A stretch of DNA of 64,000 nucleotides from Octopus sinensis (Eukaryota): the NCBI RefSeq assembly GCF_006345805.1, contig NC_043001.1:9238001-9302000 (forward strand), in the 5' to 3' direction. This document shows positions 25,084 to 39,395 of this stretch, piece by piece (position 1 is the first letter of the stretch; each line of letters begins with the position of its first letter). Below the pieces are notes generated by a model, which saw only the letters and a program-made list of their open reading frames with translations, ran no database searches and was not told the origin of the DNA. Made by a program: the position numbers and the translations under genes.

Positions 25084-28000
25084 CAATTCTTTATTGCCCA
25101 CCGGGGGCCAAACATAGAAATGGACAGAACAACTGATGGGATCAGTGAAGTGATATGATTTTACATATAATATGACTTTAAAAATTTAAATACAATAGAA
25201 AAAAATGGAATGGAACTAACAATACAAAAACAATACAAATGAAGCGATGATTAGGTCCCGCTCCGACCACACAAGCCACGATCTACCGCTGGTACCTTTT
25301 TTTTCTTCTTTTTTTCCGTCTATTCACACGGTTCTTTGCACGCACAACACTCGTGCTACATGCTTCCATCTCTTTTGGAACGTACACTCCGACAGATGTC
25401 TCTTCTCCAGCCACAGCTTCCTTTCCAAATGAAAAGAAAAAAATGATCGTAAATTGTGGCCAAAGATAAAGTTGCCTGCCTTAATTCCTTTTATTCTAGT
25501 CTTCCATACTGAATCTTTCGCTATTGCTACAACCGTGATGAAACAATTATTACGATCGCTCGTTAAAACTTCCGGTGAGTCAATTTTTATAATTGACTCA
25601 GTCGACAGCCGTACTCTTCCTTCGCCGGACAACAGGTGTTCAGCATAAGCCCACATTTAAGTTATCTCCCACACTGAACAATAGCGTGAGGGACGGTTTC
25701 CCTGCACCCCCCCGCATCTTGGACAGGTCGGCGACTGACGCTTACCATGTCTTGGGAGCTTATCCCAAACGGGCAAGGCACCTCTGTAGCATTGCCAAGT
25801 TAAGGACTTTTAGAAGTTGTCCAACGTTCTCAACCCGAATGTACAGTGAAACAGGCTGTCCATTTGAATAAACCCGAGACCTAGAGTCACCCCCAGGCCA
25901 TCGACGCATTCAGACTCTACCAACCCACTATATAAAATCCGTGTGGAACCCCCACTGCTGGCGTTGTCCGAGCGCCGGAATAGCAAGAGGGCCTTACGGC
26001 ACTCTTTATGCCACTCACTCGACCTCGGTCTGCGAGAAACACCAGGCTTCCTGATCGCAAAAGTTTTGAACTCGGGAAAGATTTGTCTGGCCAGCGGAGA
26101 CCACACTCGTCCACTATCCAGGAGAATCCAGAGGTGCCTCAACCTCAACGCATGTCTGAGCATCATTAACCAAGGCATCCCTAAACCTCCCTTTAAAGGC
26201 TTTTGACAGCAGACACAGCGTTTCACAAGTCGCGACCTGCCCTTCCACAAAATGCGAAAGAGCTGTCTCTCATACCTGATCAACCACGAATCCGAACAGG
26301 GCACGACGGTCAGGCGGTAAGTAATGACCGATGCGATAAACACATTGGCCACCTCCGCCCTCCCTTTCAGGGATAGACACCGCCAAGACCAGGTCTTGAC
26401 TACTGCAGCCACCTGCTCAATATCTCCGTCCAATTCATCTCTGTCTGGAGATCTGGTCCAAACTAAACTCCCAGCAACTTAACCGGTCCCTCCGTCCAGC
26501 GCCAAAAACGCTGTCTGAAGGCATCGACTTGCCAACCTAGGTGCCGAAGATTTACCTAGGCTGGTAGAGTCTGAATGCGTCGGTTAATCTTTGTTCCTTC
26601 CACCTCCTCGTAAGCTTCAATAGTCTTACCCACTTCACGTAGGCGTGCTACCGAGGTTACACTGATAGTGATATCATCCGCGTAAGCCGTAACAAACTCC
26701 TCTAGACCTGGTTCTCTCGGGATGCCACTCAACCTTCGCAGTAGGGGCTCGAGAGCCATTATATACAAAAGTGGTGAGAGCGGACATCCTTGACGAACCG
26801 AGCGTCTGATGCAGAGCGGCTTCGAAACGAAACTGTTCACCCGAACTATCGAGTCAATGTTGTGGTACAAAGCGATAAACCGCCTGAGGAAGCTAAGGCT
26901 CAGGCCGAACCCCGCAAGCACACTCGCCAGGTATAGATGGTCAACCCAATCAAAAGCTTTAGACTGGTCTAAAATGTACCAATGCCCCACCTTTGCCAGA
27001 TTTATTACCAACACTCTCTATGGAATAGCGAATAAGATGGAGAGTATTCTGAATGGTTCTGCCTGGGATGGTACATGCTTGTGCCTACCCGACTATACCA
27101 TTCGCGACGCATGCCAACCTTTTTGCTAAGACCTTGGCCAAAATCTTCACTTCTGTGTTTAACAGAGTAATAGGCCTGAAATTCTCTATAACATCTCCCT
27201 TGTCCGGGTCTTTTCTGACCAACACCACTACTCCCCGGCGCACAGATCTAGGGATAAACCCATTCTGTTGCCAGTTCGCGTACACGTCAGCCAGTAGTTG
27301 CCCGAACAAGTCTCGCATACACTTATACAGTTCGTACGGAAGACCATCATGTCCTGGTGACTTACCCGCTTTACAGTCGGCCAAAGCCTCCATCACCTCA
27401 ACAGGCGTGATTGGCCCTTCGCAAGACTCTGCATCCGACCCCGAGAGGCACGGCAGCCCGGCAGCCGGCAGCCCGGGTCACACTGGAAACATCGTGGCTT
27501 ACGCCACTCAACAACAATATTTAGAACTTCCTCCTCTACTTCCACGATTTCTGGGAGCTGTTCTAAAATTTTTTGGTCACCCTGCAGTATGAGGTTAAGC
27601 GTTTGACCAGTTCAATAGGTATTTTCTGTGACTGTAGCCTGCAGGAGGTTGATATTATCTTCCCTTTTTGCCAGGACTGCCGCCATCAAGCTCATGAGGT
27701 TTATTCCGTGCGGAATTCTTGGTATTCTCACTTTTGATGTTCTCATTCCCATATAAATTGAGATTAACGTTGTGTCTTCCGACTCTAAAGATTTTATAGA
27801 GTGTTTTTGTGCCGTTTCTGCATTCTTGAACCACACCACGATGGTTCCAAACTTCTTTCCTCTGGCTAGATATGTAATGTTCTGCCAGATGGGTTTTCAA
27901 TTTTTTGCTCACATATTTTATCAATTTTACAAGCTTCTAAGCAGAATGTCTTAAAAATGATAATTTTTTTTTGCCTCCGTTAATTCTTCTTCTGGTATTT

Positions 28001-28474
28001 CCACTTTTACTATTTCATCTTGTTCTGTTATCATATCTTTATAGTTTAATAATTCTTTTATGTCAGTTGACAGCTGTCGCGTTCCACCGCCAGCCGCTAA
28101 CGCAAAAATCTTCTTTCTTTATTTTGGATGGTCCTTTCTTCTGTCTTTCTTTTGGTGTTCGTAACTCTTGGTAATGCCAGAAATTCGCTTTCCGACACAT
28201 CAGAAACATTATCAAAAATTAAGCTTTCTATTTTCTTTGCTTCTCGCTCCATCGATGATTCGTCCCACGACGAAGAAGAACTTTTCGGCATCTTGCCAGC
28301 TATTAATATTTTCACCCACAGGGGAAACCCCAGATAGCTTTCGAAAGAAAACTATCCTACAACAATTTTTTTCAATAATAAGTCCAACAATAGGCACAAC
28401 AAGAGATATAACAATTAACAGAAACTTACGAACACACTCCAACAATATATTTTCAGTAACACACGTACGAAATA
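25084..28474 (-). mobile_element. Tx1/L1-clade LINE copy A, internally deleted and decayed
   Basis: ORF1 fragments 27600-28315; RT motifs KSPGHDGLPYELY, NFRPITLLNTEVKILAKVLAKRL, LDQSKAFDWVDH, VRQGCPLSPLLY, YADD; C-terminal ORFs 25324-26433; about 240-bp 3' UTR ending GTGGGCAATAAAGAATT. No endonuclease domain seen. Confidence 0.9.
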
Positions 28475-28475
28475 C

Positions 28476-28710
28476 TTATTTCTTTACTACCCACAAGGGG
28501 CTAAACACAGAGAGGACAAACAAGGACAGACAAAGGGATTAAGTCAAGTACATCGACCCCAGTGCGTAACTGGTACTTAATTTATCGACCCCGAAAGGAT
28601 GAAAGGCAAAGTCGACCTCGGCGGAATTTGAACTCGCAACGTAACGGCAGACGAAATACGGCTACGCATTTCGCCCGGCGTGCTAACGTTTCTGCCAGCT
28701 TGTCGCCCTA
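28476..28710 (-). mobile_element. SINE B1 abutting the 5' end of Tx1 copy A
   Basis: Full head and B1 tail; 3' flank GTATTTCGTACGTGTG runs into the Tx1 5' UTR. Confidence 0.85.
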
Positions 28711-29594
28711 AAAATTGTAATGTTATCAGTTCGAGTCTGCTTGGCACAAAGTCAGCAGTGTGGGTGGAGGGGTGAGGGAGTCGATTACATCAACCCCAGT
28801 GCTTAACTGGTACTTTATTCATCGATCTCGAAAAGATGACCGCAGCAAAGCATCTTCCCAACGCTCTAACGATTCTGCCAGCCTAGAAAGGAAGAGAGCA
28901 AAAGTTAACTTGGACGGGATTTGAGCTCAAGACAAAACTCCGGAAGAAATACTGCCGAGCATTTCTTCCGGTGCTTCACTGATGCTATCAATCCATTAAT
29001 AATTAATTCGTTTATTGGCCACAAGGGCTACAATAATAATAGTTTTATTCTTCGTACTCCTCTCCCCTTCTCTAATCATTAAGCAAGAAGGGTCAAGTGT
29101 CGGCCAGTTGATGATGATGATGATGATAGTGGTTGTGGTGATGATAACAATAGTAGCATGAGGATAGTAGTGGTCGTGGGGACGATGATGGTGATGATGA
29201 TCCTGCCATCACGTGACATCTCACCCGTCCTTTTTTAAGAGACAGCATCCCTTATCTTTTCTTTTATCTCAAACCTTCCACCTGTTGTCACTTGACCTTT
29301 CGCCCCGCTTTGGTCCCCCTTCCATCATCCATCCCACGTGACCCATCAGCCATTGTGTTCCTCGAACCAATGTGGTAGGCGCTATGAGATCCTCACCATA
29401 CTAGAAATAAAAGCCAAATCTCCCTCAGATCACTGTTGTCTTCTTACAAAAGAATGCTAGATACACTGCTAGAAATATAAACAAGATGGTCACAAAGGCA
29501 AAGTCTTCAATCATATGTCTCGTTGGCTAAGACTGAACTGTGGCTAAAAAATAGTTGCAACAATACCTATGAGCCTTTTGCGATATATAGGTAT

Positions 29595-29624
<30 letters not shown>

Positions 29625-29627
<3 letters not shown>

Positions 29628-29760
29628 AAGGTGCGTGGCCTAGTGGTTAGGGCGTTGCATTCACGATCACTAGATCGCTGGTTCGACTCTCCAGACTAGG
29701 CAGCACGTTATGTTCTTGAGCAAAACATTTCATTTCACCTTGCTCAGCTGTAAATATCCT
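29625..29760 (+). mobile_element. tRNA-derived SINE head, 3'-truncated
   Basis: TGGCCTAGTGGTTAGGG A-box, GGTTCGACTC B-box, TTGAGCAAAACATTT CORE-like segment. Confidence 0.6.
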
Positions 29761-29790
29761 CTTGAACCTACAAAAAAAATGAGTAGTACC

Positions 29791-30610
29791 AAATTACCAT
29801 TCCTAGATAGAATGGCAATTAAAAAGGACACCACCATCACCACAGATATATACTATAAACACACGGACGCACATCAATACCTGAAGTGTAAGTCATGCTA
29901 TCCACCACATACAAAACGCAACATCCCATACTTTGTACTCTACTTATAGACAATGGCATACAGCGAGCTATAAAAATACCCATACAACCAAAAGAAGAGG
30001 ATAACTGGAACAGGTCATACCATTTATAGTGACACATAACCCATGTCACCAGAATATCTTCAACATTGCCAAAGCAAACCTACCAACCAATACTCAGATG
30101 AATTCAAAGATATAATCGCAGATCGAACTATGGTTCTTAGTAAAAGACAGCCTAAAAACTTGAAAAAAAATTATTAAGAAAGGCAAAGCTTGACCTTAGC
30201 AAAAAAGACCAATCATTCACTGTATCTAAATGCAGTGATAGCCGATGTGGCACACGTGCCAATTCATTGACACCGGCCAATATATGAACACAAAAACCGG
30301 GAAAATATTCAAACGCAAATATTTAATTTACTGCATTAAATATTCACAAAAGTAAAAATTTTACTTACTGCACCAAATGCCCAAATTATGAAGAACTCTA
30401 TGTGGACAGAACGTGTGCACTATCAGAACGTTCACGTGTGCACCGACACAAATTAGAGACCTAGATGTCCGTCAGATACCTTTGAGTAACCAGCTAGCTA
30501 AATGCAGACGGAAAATATATTTTCATTCTACAAACTACAGTCCAAGTGAAATTGAGAGAAAAATCAGAGAAAAGAACTTTATTGATAAATTCCAAACCAA
30601 AAGCATATTT
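29791..30610 (+). mobile_element. Decayed Penelope-like retroelement (RT thumb + GIY-YIG)
   Basis: KLPFLD..ITTDIYYKHTDAHQYL..SCYPPHTKRNIPY; C..RC..; YCTKCPNYEELYVDRT..QIRDLDVRQIPLSNQLAKC; frameshifted. Confidence 0.85.
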
Positions 30611-31439
30611 GACCGTGTGCTGGCCTCAGTTAAGGTGAGACTTATGAGCGAAAAATGCACCTCTTCATGGTTAACCGCGTCAGGATGACGGTAGGTAATG
30701 CTTTTAATATCATTTCCTTTTCATATAGATTAGTCTGAAATTGTCGAATACATTTCTTCGCAAATTAGGTTATTTCGGAGTTGGTCTGCAATAATTTATT
30801 GTTAAATGTTTCCTTTCAAAATCTTTTTTTTTTTTTTTTTTATTTAACTGGACTAGTATTTCGAATGAGCAATAAATATCAAAGCATTTAGCAATGAGCA
30901 TTAAATATCAAAGATAAAAATAAATCATTTTCTTCCCTTGTCAAACTTTGGACCTAACAACCTAAATGAGAAAACCGATATGACTGAAAGAATTTTAAAA
31001 GGGCTTTTATTTTTAGGCTGAGGTCAAACAGTCGAATCCATTCAACCATGTCGTCAGTCTTTAGCGACATCAACTACAAAGAGGACAAGAAACCAAGTAT
31101 GAAGAGTAGCCGTAGATGCTGGTCATGTTGTTGTTCTTGTTGCCACATCTTTTTTCTTTTGACGCTACATTGCTTCAGAAGTTGGTCAGTCATAAATTCC
31201 CTAGGGAATTTTAAGCCTAGCTTCATCACTTTTATTTATTTACTTTTGCTCTTTGTTTTTGCTTTGACACGAAATCTAGCTTCAAGCATCTTGTACAGAT
31301 AACTTTTAAACACTATTTTCTGGAACTGGTGAAATTATGTAGGGGGTGCAAATTTTGATCTTGCACCAACTGAAAGTTCCAAGGGGAGCAGGTGCACCCG
31401 TTGCACTCCCTGTTCCCGGGTCCTTGTGTATGTATGTAT

Positions 31440-31700
31440 GTATGTATGTATGTATGTATGTATGTATGTATGTGTGTGTGTGTATTTGTGTGTCCGTGTT
31501 TGTCTACCCAACATCACTTGACAACCGATGCTGGTGTATTTACGACCCCGTAACTTAGCGGTTCGGCAAAAGACCGATAGAATAAGTACTAGGCTTACAA
31601 ACGATATATCCTGGGGTCGATTTGCTCGACTAAAAGGCGGCGCTCCAGCATGGCCACAGTCAAACGACTGAAACAAGTAAGAGAGTTAAAAGAGTAAAAA
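31440..31700 (+). mobile_element. SINE A, 3' half
   Basis: Starts in (TATG)n, then TTGACAACCGATGCTGG..tail. Confidence 0.8.
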
Positions 31701-32054
31701 AAGTGTACACACACATATATATATATATATATATAATATATATATGTGTGTGTGTGTGCGTGAGTATGATGTATCTATGTATGCATGTATGTACTATATG
31801 CAGTACAGAGATGCATTTCAGATATTTTGGGTTTCCTCAGAAATGATAACTCTCATTGAAATTAGCAAACGAAAACCAATATTGAAAAAATATATCTGTA
31901 TATACGAAGAGCAAGTAAAAATATCAACAAGTGGCGTTCGACTGACAAAGCAGCAGCCTCCTGATATCTACGTTCATTTTGATAAACATCACAAAGAAAA
32001 TATTATATATGCTTGTGTGTTGTGATTACATACACATATACATATATGTGTGTG

Positions 32055-32102
<48 letters not shown>

Positions 32103-32158
32103 TGCATGTATGTATATATATGTATATGTATATATATATACATATGTATATACACATC

Positions 32159-32195
<37 letters not shown>

Positions 32196-32297
32196 GTATA
32201 CATACATATAGATGGTATATATTGATATATATTTATATTCATTTATATTTATATGTATGTATGTATATGCATGTATGATATATATAGGTATACGTTA

Positions 32298-32333
<36 letters not shown>

Positions 32334-32723
32334 ATGAGTGTGTGTCTGTTTTTATATCTCCCTACACACTCATATATATATATATGTATATATATACATA
32401 TGTGTGTGTGTATGTATGTAAGCAGATTCACACTCACGCACACATATATACATATATATATTATATATATAACATATTATTTATATATATATATTTATCT
32501 ATACCTATATGTATAATATAATTCTTTCTATATATATATATATATATAATATATATATATATAGTATATATATATATATTATATATATATATATATATCA
32601 TATATATATATATATATATGCATGTATATATATATATATATATATTATATATGTATGTATATATACATACATACATATATGTATATATATATATTATCTA
32701 TATATTATATATATATATATATG

Positions 32724-32769
<46 letters not shown>

Positions 32770-32999
32770 CACACATATGTATGAAATAAACGAAACGATA
32801 AGGTTTTCAATGTGTAGCGAAAAATACAGAGCTTTCTGCAGCAGCTTTGTAGATAGAGGACGTTGTTGATATTTATAGGTGCTGTTTGCGCATGCTTCTT
32901 TTCTTTTCTTTTCTTTTCTTATTATCTATTCATTTTGTTTTTTCTTTTTTTTATCCTTTTTTTTTGTTTTGCTATGATATTTGTATCATGTATTTATGT

Positions 33000-33118
33000 C
33001 TTGCTACCTTTCCCAGTTTGAATAAGAGTTATGATTGCCGATGAAACCTGAAATGGTTGAAAGGCATCTCTGAAACGTTGAACGAAACATTCAAAGCGTA
33101 GTAATAATAATAATAATG

Positions 33119-33176
<58 letters not shown>

Positions 33177-33525
33177 TAATAATAATGACAATAATAATAA
33201 TAATAGTAGTAATAATAATAATAATGATAATAATAGTAATTGTAATAACAACAACAACAACAATAATAACAATAACAATAACAACACCAACAACAATAGC
33301 AATAATAATAATAACAATAACAACAACAATAATAATAATAATAGTAGTAATAATAATAATAATAATAATAGTAATAAGTGTAATAACAACAACAATAATA
33401 ATAATAATAACAATAACAACAACAATAATAATAATAATAACAATAACAACAACAACAATAATAATAATAATAATAATAATAAATAATAATAATGATAATA
33501 ATAATAATCATAATAATAATAGCTG
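33000..33525 (+). repeat. Degenerate (AAT/AAC)n tract preceded by a dispersed 3'-end-like repeat
   Basis: Tract 33100-33525; upstream GAGTTATGATTGCCGATGAAACCTGAAATGG..GCATCTCTG also occurs inverted at 31805-31870. Confidence 0.8.
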
Positions 33526-33709
33526 CAGTTTATCATGCATCGAGTATTTAAGTGAATGTGATCGATCTTCTCTTTTCGTTTGCTGTATACGTATGTGTAT
33601 TGTATGTATTTATGGGTGTGTATGTGTGTTTCTGCGTACGTAAATGTGCGTGTATACATCCTTTCATACATACATAATTATGCGCACATGCATGCATATT
33701 CTTTTATTC

Positions 33710-34020
33710 TTGTATTCTTTTACTGGATTCTGTCATTTGGTTGTGGCCATGCTGGAGCACGGCATTTAGTCAAACACATCGGCTCCTGGACTTTGCAAGC
33801 CGAGTACTTATTCTATCGGTCTCTTATGTCGAACCGTTAGATTTCCACGACGAAAGCGCACCAAGATCTGTTGACAAGCGATGGTGGAAAGACAAAACAC
33901 ACGCACACCTATATGTATATATATATATGTATATATATATATACGGGGGGCTTCTTTCAATTTCGTCGACCAAATAATCTACTCACAAAAATTTGGTCGG
34001 CCCAACGCCATAGCAAAAGA
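33710..34020 (-). mobile_element. SINE A, diverged
   Basis: Reverse-complement tail GGCCATGCTGGAGCAC and body. Confidence 0.7.
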
Positions 34021-34451
34021 AGCAAGCTTCTTACTGCGCTTGTCCTGTACTCTATTTTGTTGTTGTTTAAGAAAAATGTCCAGTTCCTTGGGTTTGTGTC
34101 TATGTTTTCGTTTCTCATTGTGTTCGACGTTTTTTTGGTGTCATGTACACATATATGCGTGTATATATACACGTAGAGGTAGGTACGTACTTATATGTGT
34201 ATATATATATATATATATATGCATATGTTTTATTTACCCCACATTACTGTATGGTTAACACCATATAGTTTTCTGGTGTGCATCTAAGTTTAGTACCACA
34301 TTCAAGTAATTCATTAGAATGACTTGAATCTTAATTGCTTTTATTGTATATATATATATATATATATAATATATATATATATATAATATTATATATTATA
34401 TATATATATATATACGAAAGAAGTTTGAAAAGGCAATTTAAAAGATGTTAT

Positions 34452-34495
34452 TTACTTTACCGGTTTCACTCTAGGGAAAAGATTGTCAAAAGTAA
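34452..34495 (-). ncRNA. Decayed hammerhead relic
   Basis: UUACUU-UUGACAA-..UAGAGU-GAAA-CCGGU-A/AAGUAA: stem I 6 bp and ACCGGU palindrome intact; core and stem II mutated. Confidence 0.45.
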
Positions 34496-35645
34496 CATGT
34501 AGAAGTTTGGTTGCGTTAATTATTGGTTGTTGCAAATTGCTACATTACATATATATACAGTCTTTGGTAACAGGGACATGTTAAGGACGTAAAAAAGTTC
34601 AACAAGTTACTTAAAATATTGGGCACAAAAGATTACTACATAAATAATCGTTCTCAAGGACATACTTAAGATAGTTTCCAGAAGGAATTGATATTGGTAT
34701 TGTATCTGTATATTCAAACATGCACAGAATATTGGTTGACACAGAGTACTATAATCCATATAAATATACATTCTTTGCTGACAAGAGTATGTTGAGAATA
34801 TAAAAAAGTTTAACAATCTCATTGAAATATTGTATACATCTCAAGATAATTTCCAGGAGGAATTATTAAAAAAGTTCAGTATACACGTACAGAATATTAT
34901 ACATATATATATTATAATATATATATATATATAATATATATATATTATATATATATTTATATACACACACACAACAACACACACACCCACACACACACAC
35001 ATGTATATATATATATATATATTTCATTTTTGGATTTGGTTTGCAAGATTCTTTATATGAGTTCGTGTGTTGAAGCATATTCTGTTGTGTCTGGGGAGAG
35101 TCATTCTCTTTTAGTGCCTTATAATGTAACATATTCACAGGTAAAATTTCCACTTATTTGCGTCTTGCAACCTTTTCAATAGTCCTGACTGCGTTCCCTT
35201 TTGTTTGTTTGTTTGTGCGCATGTGTGTGGGTCAGTGGGTCATTATGTGTGTGCCTATACATGCATGCATGTACGTATGTATATGTGTGTGTTTGCATGT
35301 GTATGTATGTATATATGTGAGCGTATGCATATGTATGTATGTATGTGTGTGCATCTGTATGTACGTATCCTGCATATCTATGTGCTTGCCTGGTCGTGTT
35401 TGTGTATTTTAAATATGTGTGTGTGTGTGAGCATGTGTTTGTGCATGTATGCACCTCTGTCTCCTTGTGTGTACATGTCTGTGTGTGTGTGTGTGTTATG
35501 TAACTATGTACCATGTTTGTATGTATGGATGTGTATCTTTATATATGTGGATCCGTGTCTCCATATATGTCTGTTCATATAGTCTATATACCTATCCGTC
35601 TGTATATTGATCTGTTATTTACATATCTATATATACATACATATA

Positions 35646-35685
<40 letters not shown>

Positions 35686-35727
35686 TTACTATAAATACAT
35701 ATATACATATTATATATATGTATATAT

Positions 35728-35760
<33 letters not shown>

Positions 35761-35969
35761 CAATACATACATATATATATATCTTATATATAAGTTATGT
35801 ATGTATGTATATAATTGTGTGTGGTACATATTAAGCTTGAAAATTCTAGCAAGATATAGACAGACAGACATACGGATAGACAGACAGACAAGAGGGATCG
35901 TAAAAGGGAAGAAAAGAACAAAAAAAAAAAAAAAAAAAAAAATAGAATAAAAAATAAAAAGAATAAAAG

Positions 35970-36064
<95 letters not shown>

Positions 36065-36349
36065 CATATACAAATCTACACACATATACCCCTGCATATA
36101 CGCCACATAGTTGATTGATATAATATCTATCTCGCATCGCAACTTTCACACGACGAACTCTTGAGCCATCTGTATGTTCATATGTTTTTCGTATGCATAT
36201 ATATGTGTTTGCGTATGTGTGCGTGTGTGCATGTGTGTTTCTGTTTTCTGTGTGCGAGCACGCTCGTGTGTTTGCAAGTGTCTGCGTGTGAATGTGTAAG
36301 GATTTGGTGTAGTTTTCGCACCCAAATTCTTTTGTTCAGCTGTTTCTTA

Positions 36350-36575
36350 CTTCTTATTTCTTTAGTGCCCACAAGGGGCTACACACAGAGGAGACAAACA
36401 AGGACAGACAAACGGATTAAGTCTCTTACATCGACCCCAGTGCGTAACTGGTACTTAATTTATCGACCCCAAATGGATGGAAGACAAAGTTGACCTCGGC
36501 GGAATTCGAACTTAGAACGTAACAGCAGACGAATCACCGCTAAGCATTTCGCCCGTCATGCTAACGTTTCTGCGT
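36350..36575 (-). mobile_element. SINE B1
   Basis: B1 tail and body, 5'-truncated head. Confidence 0.85.
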
Positions 36576-37179
36576 TTGTCCGGCTGTTGGTTAAGTAAAG
36601 ATTTCTGGTCGATCCGACTGGAGATTTAATAATATGACGAGGCTGCTTTGCTTTTAGTCATGTGGTGAGTTTTTCAACTGCACACCTCTGCCTATAAATA
36701 TAATATACACTTCAATACAGAGAACAACTGAGATATTCTGTAGGAAAATTCGTTGTGCTAATACTATCATAAATAATCTATAATCCTATTGGACCAACTT
36801 CGTACAGCCTGCTAGAAATAGCAACCACTCTCCTGAAATCACACGCTAACATCTTAAATTAAGAGAATTCTACATTAAATATTGTATTCCAATGCAACAC
36901 TTAAAAAGGGGAGTTTGTCATGGATGGATAATCTGTGATGAAAATGTGCTAGTTTGAGTAAGGGAGGTCTAAGCTAACACGAATTGTCTATAAGGACAGT
37001 TTCTCTCCAGAAGCAGTTTCTATAGCTACGATCCTCTACGTTCGAGTGTGCATGCACGTGTTCACGATAGATGTGTGTCTGTATTCATATTTATATATTT
37101 ATGTATATATGTATGTATAGATAGACAGATAGACATACATACAGTCACACGTACACTGACACACACAGAGACACATAGA

Positions 37180-37870
<691 letters not shown>

Positions 37871-38189
37871 TTTGAATTTGGAAGCAAGATAAGATAAATC
37901 AAATTTATCCTGAAGATAAGCTAAATTCTTGCTGCCTCTTTGATTCCCAATTGAAAGAGAAGGTTGGAGTTCGTATTGCCTTTGGGAAACTTAATTCCAC
38001 AATTTCCTGATAATTGTTAGATATAAATTCCTTTATACTGAAAATATAAATAATCACAAACAGAGTAAAATTCCCAATAACAATTTTGGAAAGAAAATTT
38101 ACCGAAGATCGTTAGCCTGAAGTCTTCCCAGACAGGACATCATAATTATTTTTGTATCTGATTGAGTTATAATGTATTTACACCAAAAG

Positions 38190-38600
38190 ATTGGGAGTTG
38201 AAAGAAGACCTGGAGAAATAACTGAAGTTCAAAAGAACTGTGGTTCCAGCATCACTAAGACTTGCTATTGTACTGATCTCAGGAGCATCCCCCAAGCATG
38301 TGGTTCAGTTAGAATCCTCCGTTCCTTGAGGGAGCCGCATCGAAGATTCAAACGGGAGGAAGAGGAGGAAATACGCTAAGTTGTTGGAATTATGCCAAAA
38401 CAATGATGGCAAGCAAAGTGTAATCCCAACCACGTGGGATGCAAAGGGCTTTCAGAGCAGTTACTGTAAAGAACTTAATATATGCTCGGGACCACTTGGG
38501 CCAGCAGCTAGAAGATCGTCAGGTTCGCTGTAGAGAGAGTACAAGCTGTTTCGATGTGATTGTGGATCAGGAGGTGTGATCCTTGGAAAGGACAGCTCTA
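38190..38600 (+). mobile_element. Decayed RLE-type non-LTR retrotransposon C-terminus (NeSL/HERO-like)
   Basis: LAIVLISGASPKHVVQLESSVP*GSRIEDSNGRKRRKYAKLLELCQNN..WDAKGF resembles PDIV..IELTVPWE..E..ERK..KY..L..C..GCRGF. Confidence 0.6.
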
Positions 38601-38954
38601 CGAGAGCTAGTACTAACTGGACACAACCTGTGGTTTAGTCAACCTTCGAGTCAGGGGTTGTCTGATGTTAAAAGAGAAGTAGCACCTAATGGCCCCAGGA
38701 AACATTTCTGATGATATACCCAGGAACACACAGGACGATGTACAGAGAAAGTAGAACTACAATATCCATTATTTCCTTTCGTGTCACTTCATGGATGCTT
38801 TGCTGTTATATCTAGCAGATAGAACTATGACGCAGAGGCTCCCTTGTTAATACAACTAACTATATTGCCTGTTGATATAATTTAGCCTTAGATCAGTATT
38901 GGTACGGCAGAGCTACAAATATAAGCACACAAGCCATGACTATCCCATCTTAAA

Positions 38955-39395
38955 TCTATATATATATAAACCTGAAGTTGTCTGTGTGTGTGGCAGGTTT
39001 GGTAGCCTTCAACTAACACTCTCTCCTCCGAGACCCTACGGCGGAAGTTGACCAAAATTGAAAGTATGATAGAAGAAGGCTTGCTCTTCATTCGGTAGTA
39101 GAAAAAAAATTCAAATCGGACCATGTTAAGACCAAACTTATTTACACCAAAAAGTTGCTTTTTTTCTATAAAAATCCCTATTTTTACGATTTTTTTTACT
39201 GCTGTGTCGCCATTTTTCGGTGTATTTCAACCAGAAACATGTTCACTTAAAGAGAATAACAAGCTACATAATGCAAACTTTTTATTTTTCAAAAAAGATT
39301 GAAACTATGTGAAAACTTTGTTAACGCGACATCAAAGTCTGCCGTTTTAAGCGCAACTAAAAACAAACCCGAGCAACGCCGGGCTATACTGCTAG
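38955..39395 (+). mobile_element. Non-autonomous Helitron
   Basis: 5' A|TC (38955), 3' CTAG|T (39392-39395), subterminal hairpin CCCGAGCAACGCCGGG (39368-39383), no TSD. Confidence 0.85.

Noticed and set aside
30641-30654. CTTATGAGCGAAA after the Penelope ORF as a hammerhead
   Set aside because: The core is mutated, and stems II, III and I cannot be formed.
35060-35200. Repeat shared with 39990-40105 as a possible hammerhead
   Set aside because: The repeat is real, but core and stems could not be assembled from either copy.
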